A stretch of 64,000 bases of DNA, taken from NCBI GenBank assembly GCA_016930275.1, contig JAFGHA010000127.1, positions 500 through 64,499 of the forward strand. Direction: 5' to 3'. Position numbers and translations under genes: made by a program. A model generated the notes under the pieces. The model had not been told where the DNA came from, did not search any database, and was given only the letters and a program-made list of their open reading frames with translations. Origin of the DNA: Chitinispirillaceae bacterium (lineage in GTDB: Bacteria > Fibrobacterota > Chitinivibrionia > Chitinivibrionales > Chitinispirillaceae). Positions 58,159-64,000 of the stretch are shown in pieces; position 1 is the first letter of the stretch; each line of letters begins with the position of its first letter.

Positions 58159-58791
58159 ATGAATAGATTAACTCTAAAACGGTTGTGGTTTCTCTGCATT
58201 CTCGGATTCACCTTTTCAGTATCCGCTCAGTCGGAAGAGTTCAATAAAATTGATGCGTTCACCTCGGCAACTAAATATCTGAGAATAGATTCCATCCTTG
58301 TCTATAAAACTAAAGCGATCGTCTTCTGGAATGAATACTGGCCGGATGATGATATGGAGGTTCTTGTATACCAGTTGCGATGGGGTACCCGCGGGTCGCC
58401 GTTCCAGGATTCCCTTAACCTCAAACCATATATTGAAAAAGTAACCAACATTGATACTATTGAGCCCATCGTGGAAAATACCGAGTATAACGGACAGTTC
58501 AACCGTGATTACAACCGTAAACAGATCAACGTTGATTTCCGTTTCAATACGCCCCCTCTCCCCAATAAAACCATTAACAACAGACCGGTAGTATTCCCTT
58601 CAGGAAAAATCAGCAGAGTGAAAATATTCACCATTGAAGGAAAACTGATCGCAACCGGAAATGTCAAGGGCGGAAAAGTCACCCAGACACTCCTCCGCAG
58701 CATCCTCAGAAATCCGGGACTTTATATTGTTAATTTAAACGGGAAAAACGGAAGGGTTCTGCGCGCCGAGAAAATACTGATCGGCAGATAA
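58159..58791 (+). CDS. Hypothetical secreted protein with a T9SS-like C-terminal tail
   Basis: Signal peptide LWFLCILGFTFSVSAQ. C-terminus VKIFTIEGKLIATG...NPGLYIVNLNGKNG. Confidence 0.6.
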   Translation: MNRLTLKRLWFLCILGFTFSVSAQSEEFNKIDAFTSATKYLRIDSILVYKTKAIVFWNEYWPDDDMEVLVYQLRWGTRGSPFQDSLNLKPYIEKVTNIDTIEPIVENTEYNGQFNRDYNRKQINVDFRFNTPPLPNKTINNRPVVFPSGKISRVKIFTIEGKLIATGNVKGGKVTQTLLRSILRNPGLYIVNLNGKNGRVLRAEKILIGR

Positions 58792-58805
58792 TGAAGCTGG
58801 TCCTC

Positions 58806-61400
58806 TCAGGAGTCACTCCTCCTGAGGGCAACCATCGTAATATCATCAAAAGGCGCGATTCCTGCGCTGTGTTCTTTCACCGCCCGGTCGATCGTTCCAA
58901 CCAGATCGGCTGCCGATTGAACCGGGGAACTCAATAGTTCAGACAACCGTTGTTTCGAGAACAGTAATCCATCGGCACACCGTGCTTCGGTAACGCCGTC
59001 GGTATATAGAAACAGCGTTTCATCCGGACCGAGAGTCAGAGTTTTTCTGAGGAATTGAGCATCCGGCATGATACCGATGGCGGGGCCCGTGGGCCCCACC
59101 CATTGACTGATGGTGCCGTCTGCGGCAATAAGCGCCGCAGGATTATGCCCGGAGTTGACATACTGCACCGAATTATCCCCGGTATCGAGTACCGCCATGA
59201 ACAGTGTCGCGTACATGTACCGGCCGTTATGCCCGTAATGATGGTTGATCAGATACCGGTTGGTCAACCCGACGGCATCGAGCGGTTCCGCAGCTCCCGA
59301 AAGCGCCTGTTCGGCCAGTGCCCTGATGAGTGTCCTGATAAGCGCCATGAACAGTGCGGCAGAAACATCTTTGCCCGAAACATCACAGATAACCAACACG
59401 ACCTTGTCGTCGGGAAGGGTGAATATGTCGTAAAAATCTCCCGAAACCTCCCGTGCCGGTTGAAAGGCAGTGACAATTTCCCATCCGGAGATTTGCGGAA
59501 CCGTACGCGGCAGGAAACTCATTTGAATCTGTCGTCCCAGTTCGAGTTCATGTTTGATTGCCTCAAGATACGCGTGCTCGGCATCACGAAGTTTCTGCAG
59601 CTGTTTATTGGCGAGTTCAAGCGCCGAAGATTGTTCCTGTACTTTTTTCATGAGCAACGCCCCCTTGAGCGCGCTGCTGATATACTGCTGAAGTATCTCG
59701 TAAGTCAATCCATCTCTGCATCGCCGCACTTCAAAAATGACCATCCCGATCTGCTCATCACGGAAGAATAGCGGTTCGATCAGTAGTGAATACGGGCCGC
59801 TGATCTGGAGAAACCCTTCAGGGAGCAGTTTCGGCGCGGAAAAAATGCTGTTCTCCGTATCGATCGACAGACGTTTTCCATCGTGCAGTGCAAGCACCAT
59901 TCGCAAGGTGATCTGTCCGGATACGCTTTCCGGATTCTCATACAGAGAGAGGTAACACCCGTCCACCTCCAGATTGACGAGTTCAAGCGCGATGATTTCA
60001 ACCAGCTCCGTCAAATCTATCCTCGAGGTGATTGCCTGCCCGGCCGACCGCAATACCATGGCCCGTCGCTCGCTGGCAAGACGACGATTCGCCTGTGCCC
60101 TGGTCGCGCTGTCGGCAATAGCCATATTGGCACTCTGAAAAATTCCTTCCACCGACAACGCCGACGTGCTTCCCGACCGGACCATCGCATATTGCCGCAT
60201 CACTGCCAGAACATGATATAATCCCATCACATCACCGCCCATGGTGGCAAGATGCCAGGCGACCTTGTTAATTACGGTAATGAAAGTACCGGAATGAATA
60301 CCGGCGATTTCATCGGTAAACGTATCCGTCAATTGAGTAATCATGGCAACGTCAAACTTATCAATCGCATGAAGCACGAGACGATGAATGATTTTTTCAA
60401 CCGCTTCCCGAAGCTCGATACGCTGGTCGTCCGTTGCAGAATTGCCATTCGTCCGGAAGAGATCTTCATCAACATCATGATGTCGAAAACAACCGCAGGA
60501 GTGACGAGTCGTCAGAGTCGCGGGTACGATTATCGTTCCCTTGATGCTCTGTCCCGCGATACAGTTATGGATGACTTCCACTGCCTTTGAGCCCATTTCA
60601 TACAGGGGCTGGCGAACCGTGGTAAGCGGCGGCGCCGAAAATCCGGACTCCTCGATATCATCGAAACCAACCACCAGCACCTCATCGGGCACCCGAATAT
60701 GGTGCTCCTGAAAAGCCTTGAGCGCTCCAAGTGCGGTATCGTCGTTCGCACCCACCAGTGCATCGAATTCAAATTCATTCTTTAACAGGTATTCGACGGC
60801 ATTGACACCCGCATCTCTGCTGAAATCACCGGACAGTACCAGGCTCGCATCGGGTTGCAGATCATGTTCGAACAACACCTCCCGGAAAATGCGAAGCCGT
60901 TCCTCTGCTTCCTGATTTCCCTCCGGCCCTCTGACAAATGCGATCCTGCGGCAGTTATGCGCTTCAACGAGATGAGAAATCAGTTCACGCATTCCATGGG
61001 TATTGTCGGCGATTACGGTCGGCACCGTCGGGATTTCGGGACCCAGACAGACAAGTGGAATATCGGTAAAGCGATTATAAAAATTTTTAAATTCGTCTCC
61101 GGTAATGAAATTGCCGAGAGAACCGGCGATAATGATTCCTTTAAGATTTTTGGTGTTGATGAAATTGTAGATAAGGTTTCTCTGCGGCTCGAATTCATTC
61201 CAGGAGGATTTTGATAATGAACCACCGGCGAAACAGATGAGAGAATACCCTGATCTGGTTGCGGCATCGGAAGCACCGATCCACAAATTGGACTGATACA
61301 AACTGGTAAGACTTTCAGTCAGAAATCCGATGGCGGGAACCGCAGTAGTGGCAAGCGCTGCGGCACCATCATTCTGATGTGTATGTAGCATGCAGACCAA
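58806..61400 (-). CDS. Cytoplasmic sensor phosphatase: LacI-type periplasmic-binding-protein-fold sugar-binding domain + GAF-like domain + PP2C (SpoIIE/RsbU-type) Ser/Thr phosphatase
   Basis: N-terminal IAFVRGPEGNQEAEERL..., LVGANDDTALGALKAF, VVGFDDIE..PPLTTVRQP (LacI ligand-domain blocks, no HTH). Central GAF-like region. C-terminal REVSGDFYDIF, VICDVSGKDVSAALFM, YVNSGHNPA, LYTDGVTEA, DDITMVALRR. Confidence 0.88.
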   Translation of the reverse strand: MVCMLHTHQNDGAAALATTAVPAIGFLTESLTSLYQSNLWIGASDAATRSGYSLICFAGGSLSKSSWNEFEPQRNLIYNFINTKNLKGIIIAGSLGNFITGDEFKNFYNRFTDIPLVCLGPEIPTVPTVIADNTHGMRELISHLVEAHNCRRIAFVRGPEGNQEAEERLRIFREVLFEHDLQPDASLVLSGDFSRDAGVNAVEYLLKNEFEFDALVGANDDTALGALKAFQEHHIRVPDEVLVVGFDDIEESGFSAPPLTTVRQPLYEMGSKAVEVIHNCIAGQSIKGTIIVPATLTTRHSCGCFRHHDVDEDLFRTNGNSATDDQRIELREAVEKIIHRLVLHAIDKFDVAMITQLTDTFTDEIAGIHSGTFITVINKVAWHLATMGGDVMGLYHVLAVMRQYAMVRSGSTSALSVEGIFQSANMAIADSATRAQANRRLASERRAMVLRSAGQAITSRIDLTELVEIIALELVNLEVDGCYLSLYENPESVSGQITLRMVLALHDGKRLSIDTENSIFSAPKLLPEGFLQISGPYSLLIEPLFFRDEQIGMVIFEVRRCRDGLTYEILQQYISSALKGALLMKKVQEQSSALELANKQLQKLRDAEHAYLEAIKHELELGRQIQMSFLPRTVPQISGWEIVTAFQPAREVSGDFYDIFTLPDDKVVLVICDVSGKDVSAALFMALIRTLIRALAEQALSGAAEPLDAVGLTNRYLINHHYGHNGRYMYATLFMAVLDTGDNSVQYVNSGHNPAALIAADGTISQWVGPTGPAIGIMPDAQFLRKTLTLGPDETLFLYTDGVTEARCADGLLFSKQRLSELLSSPVQSAADLVGTIDRAVKEHSAGIAPFDDITMVALRRSDS

Positions 61401-61815
61401 CCGTCCTAGGTGGTAAAGGACGGTGTTCAGAGGAAAACATCTTCACTCTGAAACACTACGCTTCCGTTACCTTTGGGATATTCTTTTTCAATATATTATA
61501 AACCGATATTCGAATTGTTACAATTTGAACCCTTATTCACCCAATTTGAATCTACACAGTAAGAACTATTCAATGATCTCTTCACTTCAAATTGGCGGAA
61601 ATGTTTTAACGATTTGTACTTGGAGAAAAAAAGGACGGAACAGGGAGCAGGAAGCATATTCCGAAGGGACAGGCACAGGGTTATGGAAAGTATAGCAACC
61701 GCACCCCTTGTTCCGTTTAAGAAGGGATGAATTTGATCATCTATAATAGTAACTGTATCTTTCACACCGGTTCATGTTAAAGATCTGTTTTAAAAAAAAA
61801 TTATTCAGGGATATT

Positions 61816-61856
61816 AAAAAAAAGATCTCCACATCCGAAAATCGAAGGTGAAGATC
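61816..61856 (-). terminator. Possible rho-independent terminator downstream of the GH94 gene
   Basis: On the minus strand GATCTTCAC and GTGGAGATC (one mismatch, 15-nt loop) are followed by T8. The large loop lowers confidence. Confidence 0.4.
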
Positions 61857-61908
61857 ATAAAAATCAGGCAATAGCCTGCGAAATTACGTTTTTTTACCGA
61901 TCCTGATG

Positions 61909-64000
61909 CTAACCCATAACTACTTCAACCGATACGGTACCGTTGTTATCGGAATGCGGAATTGTCGCCCCTTCAACAGTTTTTCCGTTCACCGTAAGTT
62001 TCACTACACCCTTTTTCACATGATCGGGATTCAGAATTTTGATTACGTAGGTGGTACCTCTGAATTTCCTGGTTATTTCGACAGTCTCCCACGCGGCGGG
62101 AATACAGGGATCCACTTTCAGACCCTCATACTGAGGCAGGATACCGAGTATATATTTCGTGGCAGCTTGATAAACCCATGACGAGGTTCCCGATAGCCAG
62201 CTGTTACGTGCCAGGCCGAATTGCGGATGCTCATCACCGAGAATATTCTGCGCATAGACATATGGTTCGAGTTCATACTCATCGATAATTTCATTCTTCT
62301 TGGCAGGATTAATCTGGTCGTAGTATTGATAAGCACGATCACCGTCACCGAGGATCGTCTCGGCAATCATCATCCATGGGTTGGTATGCAGAAATATTCC
62401 ACAGTTTTCTTTCGCACCGGGTGGATACGTAGTGATACCACCTTTGGTCGGATCGAAACCGTTGAATCCGGGAGTACTCAGTTTCAATCCTTTTGAGGTG
62501 TTGAGCTTTTCCCGCGCGCTGTCCATTGCCTTGCGCCCACGATCCGGATCGGCCAGACCCGCGATGACCGGCCACGACTGACCGTTGAGATAAATCTTAC
62601 CATGACTGTTTTTCTGCGATCCGAGCGGCGCACCGTCGGCCTCGAAATAGCGGACGAACCAGTCTCCGTCCCAGGAGTGCTCAGTGAAATTTTTCTTCAT
62701 TACCGCAAAATCGGCCTGATAGCCATCAACCAGATCGTTTCTCCCGAGAAAAGCGGTGAGTTCAATCATCTCGGATAGTGCCTTACCATACAGACATGCG
62801 TTGAAAATCGATTCGGCTCCGGTGGGGAGATTAACGCAATCATTCCAGTCGGCAAACCCGAGCAACGGCAGGCCGTGTCGTCCAAGATTACTTTTTGTGA
62901 ATGCCAACGACCGCTGGAGATGTTCGAAGACCGTTTCGCTCTCGAGAGGATTTCCCTCCCGGTCTTTCTCATAAAACGGTACTTTTTCCTGCAGAAAATC
63001 CGTTTCACCCGTTTCTTTGATATAGGCCGTCACCGCCAGAATAATCCAGAGATGATCATCGCCGTAAAATTGCGGACGGTCGGGCATTTCGGGAGCATCG
63101 CCAAGGCTCGCCTCCATGCTGAGCGGATTGAACTGATGCATTGCTGCCCCGTCCCGGCGCTGTACCGAGAGCAGTTTGACGATGAGCTTTTTCGCCTCGT
63201 CGGGAATCCGGTCGACTACCCCCATCACATCCTGAGAACTGTCACGGAACCCGAGCCCTCGTGTACCAAGGCCGAGCTGATAATACGAAAGATACCTCGA
63301 CCAGTTGTAGGTAATGAAACATTGTCGTGGATTATGTACATTGAGCATCGAATTGAATGCTGCTTCGGGTGTCTTCACCTGCATGATGTCAAGATGCCCC
63401 TGCCAGAAGGCGGCAAGCTGTCCAAGTGATTGCTCTACTTCCACGGGATCCCGGAACCGGTGAATTACATGCTGGGCATCACCGATACTCGATGCCTGAC
63501 CGAGCTGGGTGATGATTCGTTGCGATTTTCCCGGCTCAACCACGCCGCAATGGTGCAGCAACGCTGCGATATTATCTCCCCGTCGCGCCTGATAATTTGA
63601 GAGTTCCGGAGATTGCAGCGAGAGCGGCTTTGCCCAGGTGCAGTATTCATTGTTCCCCAGAAAAAGTTTACGATCGGTTTCAAATGAGGATACCGCGAAG
63701 TTGGAGGTGAAATAATTGATCTTGGTATCTTTGAACATGAAAGGATACTGGGTCAGTATTTTCAGGCCATTCTGCTGTTCAATCATATCCGACTGCATGG
63801 TTTGCGGAACCCAGTCGGCATTGGTAAACTGTTTGACCGCATCGGGATGGGTATACTCCACCACCGGTATGATGTCGATTTCCAGCGGTGTACCGGAAAT
63901 ATTGGTAACCCGGATATCACGGATCTCCACCATCGCATCGGAAGGAACAAATACCGTGCACTCAGTACGAACGCCGTAAAACTCCGACAAAATCCGCGAA
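61909..64000 (-). CDS. GH94 disaccharide phosphorylase (cellobiose or N,N'-diacetylchitobiose phosphorylase), partial: N-terminus beyond the window
   Basis: GFRDSSQDVMG, GFADWNDCVNL (catalytic region), and GGITTYPPGAKENCGIFLHTNPW. The frame stays open to base 64000, so the TTG at 63990 is internal. Confidence 0.9.
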   Translation of the reverse strand, partial: SRILSEFYGVRTECTVFVPSDAMVEIRDIRVTNISGTPLEIDIIPVVEYTHPDAVKQFTNADWVPQTMQSDMIEQQNGLKILTQYPFMFKDTKINYFTSNFAVSSFETDRKLFLGNNEYCTWAKPLSLQSPELSNYQARRGDNIAALLHHCGVVEPGKSQRIITQLGQASSIGDAQHVIHRFRDPVEVEQSLGQLAAFWQGHLDIMQVKTPEAAFNSMLNVHNPRQCFITYNWSRYLSYYQLGLGTRGLGFRDSSQDVMGVVDRIPDEAKKLIVKLLSVQRRDGAAMHQFNPLSMEASLGDAPEMPDRPQFYGDDHLWIILAVTAYIKETGETDFLQEKVPFYEKDREGNPLESETVFEHLQRSLAFTKSNLGRHGLPLLGFADWNDCVNLPTGAESIFNACLYGKALSEMIELTAFLGRNDLVDGYQADFAVMKKNFTEHSWDGDWFVRYFEADGAPLGSQKNSHGKIYLNGQSWPVIAGLADPDRGRKAMDSAREKLNTSKGLKLSTPGFNGFDPTKGGITTYPPGAKENCGIFLHTNPWMMIAETILGDGDRAYQYYDQINPAKKNEIIDEYELEPYVYAQNILGDEHPQFGLARNSWLSGTSSWVYQAATKYILGILPQYEGLKVDPCIPAAWETVEITRKFRGTTYVIKILNPDHVKKGVVKLTVNGKTVEGATIPHSDNNGTVSVEVVMG

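Noticed and set aside
58803-58826. Hairpin CTCAGGAG / CTCCTGAG at the junction of convergent genes, considered as a terminator
   Set aside because: No U-tract follows on either strand, and the hairpin overlaps the 3' coding end of the PP2C gene. The evidence is insufficient.

Overview
This is a 64-kb bacterial chromosomal window of moderate GC, densely coding on both strands. I found no rRNA, tRNA, CRISPR array, transposase or integrase by eye. All family calls come from motif recognition in the translated ORFs, because no database search was possible.

Gene content, in order:
- A partial SGNH-like hydrolase, YchJ and a putative outer-membrane protein.
- A PAS histidine kinase plus a response regulator with an RsbW-like kinase output.
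- A polyamine operon: speD, speE, an ODC-like decarboxylase and a second speE paralog.
- murJ.
- A histone-H1-like K/A-repeat DNA-binding protein encoded by 60-bp tandem repeats.
- A ~1-kb gene-less stretch.
- A rhomboid protease.
- Two paralogous copies of a two-gene module of unknown function (16.1-17.6 kb and 35.1-37.1 kb). The second copy carries a STAS domain.
- A glycan cluster: two GT4 glycosyltransferases plus a Wzy/O-antigen-ligase-like protein.
- potABCD, an orphan CheX-like gene and pyruvate kinase.
- A block of four secreted-protein genes (CAP/SCP, PKD+FGE-sulfatase, PEGA, tandem CBM4/9). The CAP gene has a G10 tract at its ribosome-binding site.
- A MarR / half-size ArsA-Get3-like ATPase with an HSP20-like tail / small-protein operon, with a near-consensus promoter.
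- A VOC enzyme.
- An ECF sigma/anti-sigma module flanked by a protein that shares the anti-sigma C-terminal domain. It is followed by a frameshifted HigB-like toxin with an intact HigA-like antitoxin, then a YfbK-like vWA lipoprotein.
- A seven-gene V-type ATPase operon (E, DUF2764, A, B, D, I, K) whose K subunit keeps the Enterococcus hirae Na+-binding residues.
- murG, followed by a decayed receiver-domain relic.
- A secreted rhodanese.
- A LacI-type sugar-binding/GAF/PP2C phosphatase fusion next to a partial GH94 cellobiose/chitobiose phosphorylase.

The V-ATPase gene order, the many T9SS-like C-terminal tails and the GH94 enzyme suggest an FCB-group (Fibrobacterota-like) anaerobe. That placement is inference only.

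I saw no clear-cut novel defence or mobile system. The best candidates for undescribed biology are the duplicated module with its STAS link, the MarR-ArsA/Get3-HSP20 operon, the dispersed partner-switching parts (RsbW-like, STAS, PP2C), and the G10 tract.
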